Shown here: in pieces, positions 10,105 to 18,265 of the stretch
How positions within the stretch are numbered: the first letter of the stretch is position 1
Layout of the letters: each line of letters starts with the position of its first letter
Position numbers and translations under genes: made by a program
Assembly (NCBI GenBank): GCA_041645165.1
Contig: JBAZQN010000005.1
Location: 19,832 to 83,831 of the forward strand
Reading direction: 5' to 3'
Origin: Patescibacteria group bacterium
Lineage (GTDB): Bacteria; Patescibacteriota; Patescibacteriia; 2-02-FULL-49-11
Length of the DNA: 64,000 bases
Notes under the pieces: generated by a model
What the model was told of the DNA's origin: nothing
Seen by the model: the letters and a program-made list of their open reading frames with translations, nothing else
The model's database searches: none

Positions 10105-10713
10105 ATGAAATGCCCCTCCGGGGGATACCCGAAGGGCGTGATTGAGGGAAGTATAGCATTGGGAGCTGAACGTATGCAAAAACGACTGAACAACTACGCA
10201 TTCATCGACAGCCAGAATGTAAACCGTGCGGTAGAGGAGATGGGGTGGCAGCTTGACTTTAAGCGATTTCGTGTCTATCTGCGAGAGAAGTATGGCGTAA
10301 CACGAGCATACTTATTCTTGGGGTATCTTCCTCATCAAGAGAATATGTATCGTTCCTTGCAAGCATACGGTTATGTGTTAGTATTCAAGCCAGTACTCCC
10401 GCGCCGCGATGGAGATGTAAAGGGGAGCGTGGATGCGGAGCTCGTGCTCCAGGCGATGATTGACTATCAGGAATATGAACAAGCGGTGATCGCGACGAGC
10501 GACGGCGATTTCTATTGTCTCGTGAAATACCTCTATGAACGACACAAGCTCATGCGGCTCCTGGTACCCAATCGGTATAAGTATTCTGCGTTATTGCGGC
10601 GTGCGGCGCCCTCGGGGCACGCGATCGCCTTCATGAATGATCTGCGGCATCGCGTTGAATATACAAAACACCTCCGGCAATTACCGGAGGTGAGAATCGG
10701 GGGGTCTACATAA
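10105..10713 (+). CDS. NYN-domain (LabA-like) protein
   Basis: YAFIDSQNV...GSVDAELVLQAM...ATSDGDF matches the NYN/PF01936 pattern, and it is a paralog of the 32357-32851 ORF. The real start is probably the internal Met (MQKRLNNYAF, about 10174). Confidence 0.65.
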   Translation: MKCPSGGYPKGVIEGSIALGAERMQKRLNNYAFIDSQNVNRAVEEMGWQLDFKRFRVYLREKYGVTRAYLFLGYLPHQENMYRSLQAYGYVLVFKPVLPRRDGDVKGSVDAELVLQAMIDYQEYEQAVIATSDGDFYCLVKYLYERHKLMRLLVPNRYKYSALLRRAAPSGHAIAFMNDLRHRVEYTKHLRQLPEVRIGGST

Positions 10714-10787
10714 AGACGAAACTTCATGCGTGCCCTACCCGTGGTGATTCTCGCTATCAGTATATATTAACATTATCCTTTGTCAAG

Positions 10788-11558
10788 ATGTTAGGTATTC
10801 TTTCATCAGGTTTGGGAGGGTTGCTATTTGCCCGCGAGCTCGCACAGCATGCCGCGGATGCCGGCTTTCTCTATTGGGGCGATACGGCGCACGGGCCGTA
10901 TGGGTCGCGTTCGGTGGAGCAAGTAAGCATATGGGTGCGGGAGGGTTTAAAATTTTTGGAAAAAAAGGGAGCAGAGGTTATTGTGGTGGCTTCGGGAGAC
11001 GCATCAGTCGCGTCGCGATTTGCAGATCCGCGGAAATCAACGACGCAGATGTATCCGGAGGTGAATGTCCCTGTGATTGACTATTGGGATGCGCAAATCA
11101 AGGCGGCGCTTGCTGCCACAAAGAAAAAAAGAGTGGGGTTTTTCGGGTCGCGATTGGTGACGGAGCGCACAGGAATGTTGGGACTGGAACTGCAGGGAGT
11201 GGCGGTATTGAAAAAAGCAGTGGCGGCGCTCGCGCCTTTAATTCTTGAAGGCGAGGAAGCGCGCGGAGAAACGCGCCGTTTAGTGCGCGCGCATTTGCAG
11301 TGGTTCAAGACCCAGAATATTGATGTGCTGATTCTGGGGTCAATGCATTATGTCCGCGTGTTCGATGATATTCAGGCAAAGATGGGGAAGAGGGTTACGG
11401 TCATTAATCCGGTACGGGCGCTCCTCGATTTATTCGTCGCAATGGGGGTTTCTTCCAAGGGGGGAACGCGTCAATTTTTCCTTACTGATATCACGCCGCG
11501 GGACCTTGATATTGCCGGTGCGTGGTTTGGCAGAGGGGTGCACTGTGAGAAGGTATAA
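10788..11558 (+). CDS. Glutamate racemase (MurI) homolog with catalytic Cys->Ser substitutions
   Basis: Aligns to MurI (SSGLGG vs DSGVGG; GPYGSRS vs FPYGEKS; VIVVASGDAS vs IACNTAS; LGSMHY vs LGCTHF). Both catalytic Cys positions and the Asp10 position are Ser. Confidence 0.6.
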   Translation: MLGILSSGLGGLLFARELAQHAADAGFLYWGDTAHGPYGSRSVEQVSIWVREGLKFLEKKGAEVIVVASGDASVASRFADPRKSTTQMYPEVNVPVIDYWDAQIKAALAATKKKRVGFFGSRLVTERTGMLGLELQGVAVLKKAVAALAPLILEGEEARGETRRLVRAHLQWFKTQNIDVLILGSMHYVRVFDDIQAKMGKRVTVINPVRALLDLFVAMGVSSKGGTRQFFLTDITPRDLDIAGAWFGRGVHCEKV

Positions 11559-11676
11559 GAACACTGTCATCATTTTTCTGCGTACGTCCCAGTCATTCGA
11601 CCACAGTTATGCAACGTGGCAGGCGGGGCAGGCAATATTTGATGACAGTTTGGATTAATATTATTATTGAGATGAT

Positions 11677-12480
11677 ATGAAAAAAAGAGATTGTAGTATC
11701 GGTTTTATCGGTTTCGGGAGGATGGGGTCGATTTTGGGCAGCGCGTTGGTGGAAAGCGGCTGCGCGCGTCCGGGGGAGATCGTGGTATTTGAAAAAGACC
11801 GGAGAAAGAGGCGGATATTGAAGCAGTTTGCGTTGGCGGATTCTGCGCAAGAGGTAGTGGATCGCGCGAAGGTGATATTCGTGTGCGTGCGGCCTTTGGA
11901 GGTGCGAGAGGTGGCGAAGAGCATTGTGATAAAGAAAAACACAATTATTATTTCGATCGCGGCGGGCGTCAATCTTGCGATGCTGCAGCGGATGTTTGGC
12001 AGGTCTGTAATGAGGGTTATTCCCAGCTATACGCAGAAAGCACTATCTGGAGTATTGCTCTATTGCCATGCGAAAGGCTTGAGCCGGCAGAGTGTGGGGG
12101 AAATCCTGAAACTTTTAAAGTGCATTGGAGAACCGATTCAAGTGCCAGAAAAGCTGTTAGAGATAGCCACTGACCTTTCAAGCTGCAGCCCTGCATTCTG
12201 GGCTTTTATGGCAGACACGTTCGTGAGAGAAGCAACACGGCTGGGATTATCGAATGTGCTTGCCCAGCGCATAACCACTATGGCCATGCTTGGGACTTCA
12301 AAAATACTTGTGCAAGAATCACACTTGGAACGCGTTATTGACCATGTTGCCACGCCCGGCGGCATCACGCGGGAGGGCATCGAGGCGCTCGAGAAAGAGT
12401 TTCCGCATACGGTGAAGGAGATTTTTCGTGTTACGGGGAAGAAGTATGCGTTATTGCGGAAGAGGATTGAACGTCTGTAG
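11677..12480 (+). CDS. proC: Pyrroline-5-carboxylate reductase
   Basis: Rossmann IGFIGFGRMG N-terminus and the ProC C-terminal dimerisation motif ATPGGITREG. Confidence 0.8.
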   Translation: MKKRDCSIGFIGFGRMGSILGSALVESGCARPGEIVVFEKDRRKRRILKQFALADSAQEVVDRAKVIFVCVRPLEVREVAKSIVIKKNTIIISIAAGVNLAMLQRMFGRSVMRVIPSYTQKALSGVLLYCHAKGLSRQSVGEILKLLKCIGEPIQVPEKLLEIATDLSSCSPAFWAFMADTFVREATRLGLSNVLAQRITTMAMLGTSKILVQESHLERVIDHVATPGGITREGIEALEKEFPHTVKEIFRVTGKKYALLRKRIERL

Positions 12481-12556
12481 CGTCGGAGCTCGTCTCCGAC
12501 CTCATGGGTGGCAGACAAGCTGCCACGCTACAATTATTGTCTTAATTTAGGCGGGT

Positions 12557-13390
12557 ATGAAAATTTCCGTGAACGGAAACATAGTCCTCCAAAAAGACGC
12601 GTTCATCACCATCGCCGATAAGGCAGTGTGGTACGATTTCGGCGTGTATGAAAATATCAAGGTGCTGCAAGGGACGCTCATGTGGCCGGAAATGCACATG
12701 AAACGGCTGTTCACCTCGGCAGAGGTAATAGGGCTTGAGCTTGGCGAGACGGAAGAGACGCTTCTGCGGTGGGTGTGTGAGTATGCGGAGGCATTGAAGC
12801 TGAAAGACCATATAATTAAAGTGTGCGCCTACGGCGATGCCGACAAAAATACCCGCGCGACCGTGTATCTGTTTGCCATAGGATTAACATTTTATCCCGA
12901 CCAGTTCTATGCCAAGGGCGTTGCGGCCATTACATTTGCAGGGGAGCGCAATTTGCCGAATGCTAAGTCAATGGATACGCTATTGAATTTTCTTGCATTC
13001 AGGGAGGCGAAAGCAAGGGAAGCGTTTGAAGCGCTTCTGGTAGACCATGAAGGCGACATACGCGAAGGATCGCGGTCAAACCTCTATATCGTTGAAAAAG
13101 GAATAGTCATTACGCCGCCGTTATCAGACGTTTTGGAAGGTGTCACGAGGATTTTGGTACTTAAATTGCTTAAAGAGAATGACATTGCCCTTAAGGAAGA
13201 ACGAATATCAAAAAGCCGCCTGATGGCGGCAGATGAAGTGTTTGTGACGGCAACAAGCTCCAACGTGATGTCGGTGGTGGAAATTGACGGTAAAAAAATC
13301 GGTGCGGGGACGCCGGGAGAAGTCACGAAAAGAATAATAAAGCTCTATCGCGAGATGCAGAAAGAATATCTTAGGAGTAAGAGTTCCTAA
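12557..13390 (+). CDS. Class IV aminotransferase (branched-chain / D-amino-acid aminotransferase family)
   Basis: 277 aa, with fold-type IV pattern (YEGIKV-like N-terminus, E-G-S-N-F region). Confidence 0.75.
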   Translation: MKISVNGNIVLQKDAFITIADKAVWYDFGVYENIKVLQGTLMWPEMHMKRLFTSAEVIGLELGETEETLLRWVCEYAEALKLKDHIIKVCAYGDADKNTRATVYLFAIGLTFYPDQFYAKGVAAITFAGERNLPNAKSMDTLLNFLAFREAKAREAFEALLVDHEGDIREGSRSNLYIVEKGIVITPPLSDVLEGVTRILVLKLLKENDIALKEERISKSRLMAADEVFVTATSSNVMSVVEIDGKKIGAGTPGEVTKRIIKLYREMQKEYLRSKSS

Positions 13391-13422
13391 ACATCCGTGC
13401 CATACTTTCATACGTAACGATC

Positions 13423-13818
13423 TCAATCAATGAGATTTTTTTGTTTTAGGTCATCAAAGAGGAGAAGGCTCGCGGGGGTCGTTTTTGATTTTTGGGCGTA
13501 GTTGAAGTAGTCACATTGAGCAACTTCATTACTTGGGGTGGGGATGCCATTAAAGTCCGCAGTATAGCAGGTGAGGCGAACAAAGGTGTCGATAGGTTTG
13601 CCGTACGCTTGCGCCTGAAAGGTGCCATAGTAACGGATACTTGAAGGAACGAGGTCGAGATTCAACTCTTCTCTCACCTCACGTATAAGCGTTTGTTCAT
13701 CTGATTCTCCCGCAAAGCGTTTACCTCCCGGCATGAACCATGCGTCCTTACCTTTACTCAAGGTGACAAGGATTTTTTTGTCCTTGAGATGAATCCAAGC
13801 GAGTTTGTCTATTATCAT
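13423..13818 (-). CDS. NUDIX hydrolase
   Basis: Nudix box GGKRFAGESDEQTLIREVREELNL. Confidence 0.8.
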   Translation of the reverse strand: MIIDKLAWIHLKDKKILVTLSKGKDAWFMPGGKRFAGESDEQTLIREVREELNLDLVPSSIRYYGTFQAQAYGKPIDTFVRLTCYTADFNGIPTPSNEVAQCDYFNYAQKSKTTPASLLLFDDLKQKNLID

Positions 13819-13857
13819 ACAATAGGTTTTAAACCCTTCTTTATTTCCATGATTGGT

Positions 13858-14757
13858 TTACTGTCCGCCGAGGATGAGGGGAAGGCCTTCGTTGCCTGCG
13901 CCGATGACGATTACTTTTGCATTCGGCGAGCTGGCGAGTTTTTCCGTCGCCTCAATGCCTTTCCATTTCAAGAGCTCGGCGCTTATTCCTTTCGCCACGA
14001 TGTTCTGGAAATCAGAAATGCCTTGCGCTTCGATGCGTTTGCGCTCAGCTTCCTGCTTTTCTTTTGTCAACACAAATTCCATCCGCTGACTGTCCTGCTC
14101 GGCGCGGAGCTTTTCCTCGATTGATTCAGTAAGGCGGGCGGGTAAGCCCACGCGCCGGAGCGGCGTGGATTCGACGGTGATACCGCGCGGCGCGACAATA
14201 TCCTGAAGTTGTTGGGTGATATGCACCGCGAGCTCTTCCCGCACAGAGGTGTAGAGCGCTTTAGCATCATACGCGGCGGTCACCCCGCGGCTTACGGAAC
14301 GGAATTGCGGTTCAAGGATAATGGCAGCATAGTTCGACCCAACGCTTTTATACACTTCCGTCGCTTTCTCGGGATTAAGGTGGTACAAGGCGCTGATCTC
14401 CAATTGGACCGTGAGGCCTTCTTTTGACGGTACGTCCAGCAACTCTTTGATTTCTTGGGTCTTTACGGACATTTTTATTATTTTCGCCATGGGATTTACG
14501 GGGAAATTAATTCCCGCCTGCAGGATGCGTCCTGATACATTTCCGAAAAAATCAATAACTCCCACGTTTCCCGCAGGGATAAGGGCAAAGCACGACAATA
14601 CGAGCAAGAGGCCGCCTACTACGAACGCGTTAATCTTCAGCGCGTTGGTAAATTTTATCACAGGAAGAGGATAAGGGGACACCGTGCCTTTTGGCATTTT
14701 ATTAAGAAATGTAACGAGTATTCCTGCGCCGAGTAATATAAGTGCGATCCAAAACAT
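13858..14757 (-). CDS. SPFH/band-7 (prohibitin/HflC-like) membrane protein
   Basis: N-terminal TM helix, band-7 core, and a coiled-coil C-terminus rich in E/K/R. Confidence 0.75.
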   Translation of the reverse strand: MFWIALILLGAGILVTFLNKMPKGTVSPYPLPVIKFTNALKINAFVVGGLLLVLSCFALIPAGNVGVIDFFGNVSGRILQAGINFPVNPMAKIIKMSVKTQEIKELLDVPSKEGLTVQLEISALYHLNPEKATEVYKSVGSNYAAIILEPQFRSVSRGVTAAYDAKALYTSVREELAVHITQQLQDIVAPRGITVESTPLRRVGLPARLTESIEEKLRAEQDSQRMEFVLTKEKQEAERKRIEAQGISDFQNIVAKGISAELLKWKGIEATEKLASSPNAKVIVIGAGNEGLPLILGGQ

Positions 14758-14800
14758 ATATGGTAAGTTAGTAATGAATAAATAAATTCGACGTTAGAAA

Positions 14801-15808
14801 TTATCCGAAATAATCTATTTTCATTTTTTCACGGACAAGCGCCATTGTCATTTTTGCCTCTTGCAGGGCGCGCGCGGTTCCTGTGCGAAGAATATCATCG
14901 ACAAGCGCGGGATCCTTTTCATACTTCGCGCGCCTTTCTTGGATGGGCGAGAGGAACGCGCTGATCTCCTTAGCCAGTTGTTCCTTGAAGGCGGCGTAGC
15001 TCTGAAGGTGCGCGAATTCCTGTTCAATGGTTTTTATGTCCTTGCCCGTGACGAGCTTATAATACGTCATAAGGTTTGCTATTTCCGGTTTTTTCTCGGG
15101 GTCATATTTGATTTCCGAACCGCTGTCGGTCTTCGCGGTTTTTATTTTATCTTTCACGATTGTGGCGTCGTCAGAGAGGTATATCGCGTTATTCAGTGAT
15201 TTGCTCATTTTCCTGCCGTCGAGCCCTGCGAGCCGCCCGAGCAAGGAAATTTTTGCTTCCGGGAGGGGGAAGACATCGCCGTAGATGGCATTGAATTTTT
15301 CTGCAATTTCCCGTGTCTGTTCAATCATGGGCAGCTGGTCTTCGCCTACGGGTACGAGATGGGCGCGGCAGAAGAGAATGTCGGCTGCCTGGCTGATGGG
15401 GTAGCCCAAAAATCCATAGGTTACCTTGCCTCCCTTGAAGAGGTGCCCTTTCTCTTGGATTTCCGTTTTCACTGTAGGGTTTCTCTGGAGCCTCTGCAGC
15501 GTGACAAGATTGGAAAAGAAAACGGTGAGCTCGGCGATTTCCGGTATGAGCGACTGGATGAAGAGCGTCGCGCGCGAGGGATCTATGCCCACGGCAAGAT
15601 TGTCCATTACCACTTCCCGGACATGCTGGCGCACGTATTCAGGATGGTTGAAGTTGTCGGTGAGGGCCTGCACGTCCGCGACCATGATAAACGTGTCGTA
15701 AGCATCCTGGAGACTGACGCGATTGGCAAGCGATCCGGCATAATGTCCAAGATGCAGTTTGCCGGTCGGCCGGTCGCCGGTGAGGATCCTCTTCTTAGGA
15801 GTAGGCAT
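14801..15808 (-). CDS. trpS: Tryptophan--tRNA ligase
   Basis: TGDRPTGKLHLGHY (HIGH) and KMSKS motifs; 335 aa. Confidence 0.95.
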   Translation of the reverse strand: MPTPKKRILTGDRPTGKLHLGHYAGSLANRVSLQDAYDTFIMVADVQALTDNFNHPEYVRQHVREVVMDNLAVGIDPSRATLFIQSLIPEIAELTVFFSNLVTLQRLQRNPTVKTEIQEKGHLFKGGKVTYGFLGYPISQAADILFCRAHLVPVGEDQLPMIEQTREIAEKFNAIYGDVFPLPEAKISLLGRLAGLDGRKMSKSLNNAIYLSDDATIVKDKIKTAKTDSGSEIKYDPEKKPEIANLMTYYKLVTGKDIKTIEQEFAHLQSYAAFKEQLAKEISAFLSPIQERRAKYEKDPALVDDILRTGTARALQEAKMTMALVREKMKIDYFG

Positions 15809-15819
15809 AGGTCAATTAA

Positions 15820-15912
15820 GACGGATAAGTCTGATAGGTCCGATAAGACGGATAAGTTGAATAGGGCGGATAAGTATGATGAGCCTGATAAGTCGGATAG
15901 GTCTGATAGGAC
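15820..15912. repeat. Ten tandem 9-bp repeats (consensus GGATAAGTC) filling the rnj-trpS intergenic space
   Basis: ggataagtc tgataggtc cgataagac ggataagtt gaatagggc ggataagta tgatgagcc tgataagtc ggataggtc tgataggac. The array ends 12 nt before the trpS ATG (minus-strand sense CUUAUCN units). Confidence 0.85.
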
Positions 15913-17910
15913 TTATACTTCGATGATCACGGGGAGGATCATCGGCCGGCGCTCGGTGCGCTGGAAGAGGAACTGTCCGATTTCATTCCGCACCTTGTCT
16001 TTCAGGTAGACTTCGTTGGCCGGCTGACGGGGATCGCGGTCTTTGAGGATTTGTTTCACCTTCATCCTCACGTCTTCGATCAGCGCTTTTGATTCTTTTA
16101 GGTAGACAAATCCGCGGGAAATAATGTCAGGATTATGGACCAAGTTTCCGGTGCGCGAATCAATGGTCGCGATGAGCACCAGCATGCCGTCCTCCGACAT
16201 GATTTGCCGGTCTCTAAGCACCACTTCCGACACGTCGCCCACCCCCAAGCCGTCCACAAACACGTAATCAGTAACGACTTTTTCGTTGAGGATGCGTCCG
16301 CCGCGCGCGGTGAATTCTACGACGGAGCCGTTATCAGGTATGAAAATGTGGTCTGCGGGGATCCCCACTTGCTGCGCGAGCTTTGCATTCATTTTTAGGA
16401 ATGAATGGTTTCCGTAAATGGGGATGAAGTTCCGCGGTTTCACCATGGTATAGAATGCTTTCAGGTCTTCCTGCCGGGCGTGCCCTCCCGCATGGATATC
16501 CATCATTTGGTAATGGATGACTTCGGCGCCTTCGCGGTAGAGGCCGTCAATCAGGCGTTGTACCGAGCGTTCGTTTCCCGGAATGACCGAGGAAGAGAAC
16601 ACGACGGTATCTCCGGGTTCGATGTGCAGATAGCGGTGTTCGCGGTTTGCGATGCGCATGAGCACGGCGTTATCCTCGCCCTGTGCGCCGGTGCAGAGGA
16701 TGACGATCTTGTTTGGGGCGTAATTTTTCATCTCTTTGGGAGTGATGAGCGTGCCCCGTTTTATCTTCATATAGCCGAGCTCTTTCGCAATCTCAAGGTT
16801 GCTCTTCATGCTGAAGCCTTCCACGATGATATGCTTGCCCGATTTCTCCGCCGCAAAAATGATTTGCTGGATGCGGGAAAGGAGCGAGGCAAAGGTGCCC
16901 ACGATCATTCTGCCCGGGGCTTTCGCCACGATGTCTTCGATGTTGGATTGGATCTCTCCCTCGGTGAGCTGTTTGCCGGGCTGGGAGGCGTTGGTAGAAT
17001 CGGCGAGCACGCAGAGGACATTTCTGTGCCCGAGCGCCATAATTTTATCCATATCCGTAGGGGTGAGGCTGTTGGGATCCGGATCAATTTTGAAATCGCC
17101 AGTGTGTACGACTGGCCCTAGGCCCATGTCGAGCACCACGCCCAAAGATCCCGGCACATTGTGGGATACCGCGAAGAAGTCTATGTGGAACGCGCCAAGT
17201 GTTAAGCGGCTGTCGTGCGTGATCGTTTGCAGCCTTAAAGGGGCGGTATGGAAGTCATCCTGGCGTTTGCGGATTATGCCGAGCGTCAGGTCTGAGCCGA
17301 AAATGACAGGGTTGCCCAGCTTATGGATAAGGTGAGGGATGGCGCCGATATGGTCATAGTGGCCGTGGGTGATGATCACGCCGCGTATTTTCTTTTCTTT
17401 TCCCTTGAAATAGGAAATGTTGGGGATGATGTAATCAATGCCCGGCATGTCTTCTTCGGGGAATTGGAGGCCCATGTCGACGATGACAATATCGTTTTTC
17501 GTTTCAAAAGCGACCATGTTGCGGCCTACTTCTTCGCAGCCCCCTATGGGGATAATGCGCAGGCTTTCAGGGCCTGCGCGGCGTGCAGCGCCCATGGTCA
17601 TGGGGCGAAGCGGCGCAAGTGCAGGACGCCGCAATGGTTCTCTCACGGGAGCGGTCGGTGGCGGAAGTGCGGTTCTGCGCGCGTTGGCAAAAGCGAGCCT
17701 GGGAACAGGACGCCGGCCGCGCACGAAACGCCGCCTTGCGGGAGACGCACTTTTTGATGGCGCATGTGCGGGCGTTCCCCGGCGTGAGCCAAGGGGAGCG
17801 CGTGCATCTGATGCAATGCGCGATTGGTTTGTTGTTGGTTGCATGGATTCGTTGGTTATAAGTAAATAAGAAAGATGATTAAATGGATTAAGGTTATAGA
17901 AATGAACCAT
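15913..17910 (-). CDS. rnj: Ribonuclease J (MBL / beta-CASP), with ~100-aa Pro/Arg-rich N-terminal extension
   Basis: RIIPIGG..VGRNM, ITHGHYDHIG, beta-CASP and C-terminal domain are present. The N-terminal 100 residues are low-complexity, so the true start may be the internal Met (MTMGAARRAG, about 17601). Confidence 0.9.
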   Translation of the reverse strand: MVHFYNLNPFNHLSYLLITNESMQPTTNQSRIASDARAPLGSRRGTPAHAPSKSASPARRRFVRGRRPVPRLAFANARRTALPPPTAPVREPLRRPALAPLRPMTMGAARRAGPESLRIIPIGGCEEVGRNMVAFETKNDIVIVDMGLQFPEEDMPGIDYIIPNISYFKGKEKKIRGVIITHGHYDHIGAIPHLIHKLGNPVIFGSDLTLGIIRKRQDDFHTAPLRLQTITHDSRLTLGAFHIDFFAVSHNVPGSLGVVLDMGLGPVVHTGDFKIDPDPNSLTPTDMDKIMALGHRNVLCVLADSTNASQPGKQLTEGEIQSNIEDIVAKAPGRMIVGTFASLLSRIQQIIFAAEKSGKHIIVEGFSMKSNLEIAKELGYMKIKRGTLITPKEMKNYAPNKIVILCTGAQGEDNAVLMRIANREHRYLHIEPGDTVVFSSSVIPGNERSVQRLIDGLYREGAEVIHYQMMDIHAGGHARQEDLKAFYTMVKPRNFIPIYGNHSFLKMNAKLAQQVGIPADHIFIPDNGSVVEFTARGGRILNEKVVTDYVFVDGLGVGDVSEVVLRDRQIMSEDGMLVLIATIDSRTGNLVHNPDIISRGFVYLKESKALIEDVRMKVKQILKDRDPRQPANEVYLKDKVRNEIGQFLFQRTERRPMILPVIIEV

Positions 17911-17934
17911 TAGTAATATGGTATTGCTTCGCCG

Positions 17935-18030
17935 CGGTTGCCGCCTTTCTTGCTGCGGAACTCGTCCCGCTTCGCGGGACTCAAACAGTCCTCACGGCGA
18001 AATGCGGCAACCCGCGGCTGGTCTATATTT
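17935..18030. repeat. Conserved ~95-nt intergenic element (copy A), possible structured RNA
   Basis: The core ttcttgctgcggaactcgtcccgcttcgcgggactcaaacagtcctcacggcgaaatgcggca is about 90% identical to 50200-50285. It contains hairpin GTCCCGC-TTC-GCGGGAC and copy A has an outer stem GCCGCGGTTGCCGC/GCGGCAACCCGCGGC. Confidence 0.55.
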
Positions 18031-18082
18031 AAAAGGGTTTATCCCCCTGGCATCCCGGGGTGAACCCAAGATTATTAATTCA

Positions 18083-18166
18083 TGCCCAGAGGGAGAGTCG
18101 AACTCCCATGACCTTGCGGTCACATGGCCCTGAACCATGCGTGTCTGCCAGTTTCACCATCTGGGC
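18083..18166 (-). tRNA. tRNA-Leu (anticodon CAG), class II with long variable arm
   Basis: 84-nt cloverleaf by hand: acceptor GCCCAGA/TCTGGGC+A, anticodon stem CATGG/CCATG with loop TTCAGGG, variable stem GACC/GGTC, T-arm GGGAG-TTCGACT-CTCCC. Confidence 0.85.
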
Positions 18167-18265
18167 TTGGATATTTGGAAAAAATATCTGCGTAAATCCG
18201 CGTGAAGGCCAAGCGTGACGATCGGCGTTTATCCGCGGTTAGCGCCGACCGAGGGGAGGCCTAAC

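Noticed and set aside
15820-15912. CRISPR array.
   Set aside because: The 9-bp units are directly abutting with no spacers, and there are no cas genes.
16135-17869. Multiple plus-strand ORFs (16405-17121, 16799-17335, 17323-17757, 17438-17869) inside rnj.
   Set aside because: All are shadow ORFs antisense to or overlapping the well-supported RNase J gene.
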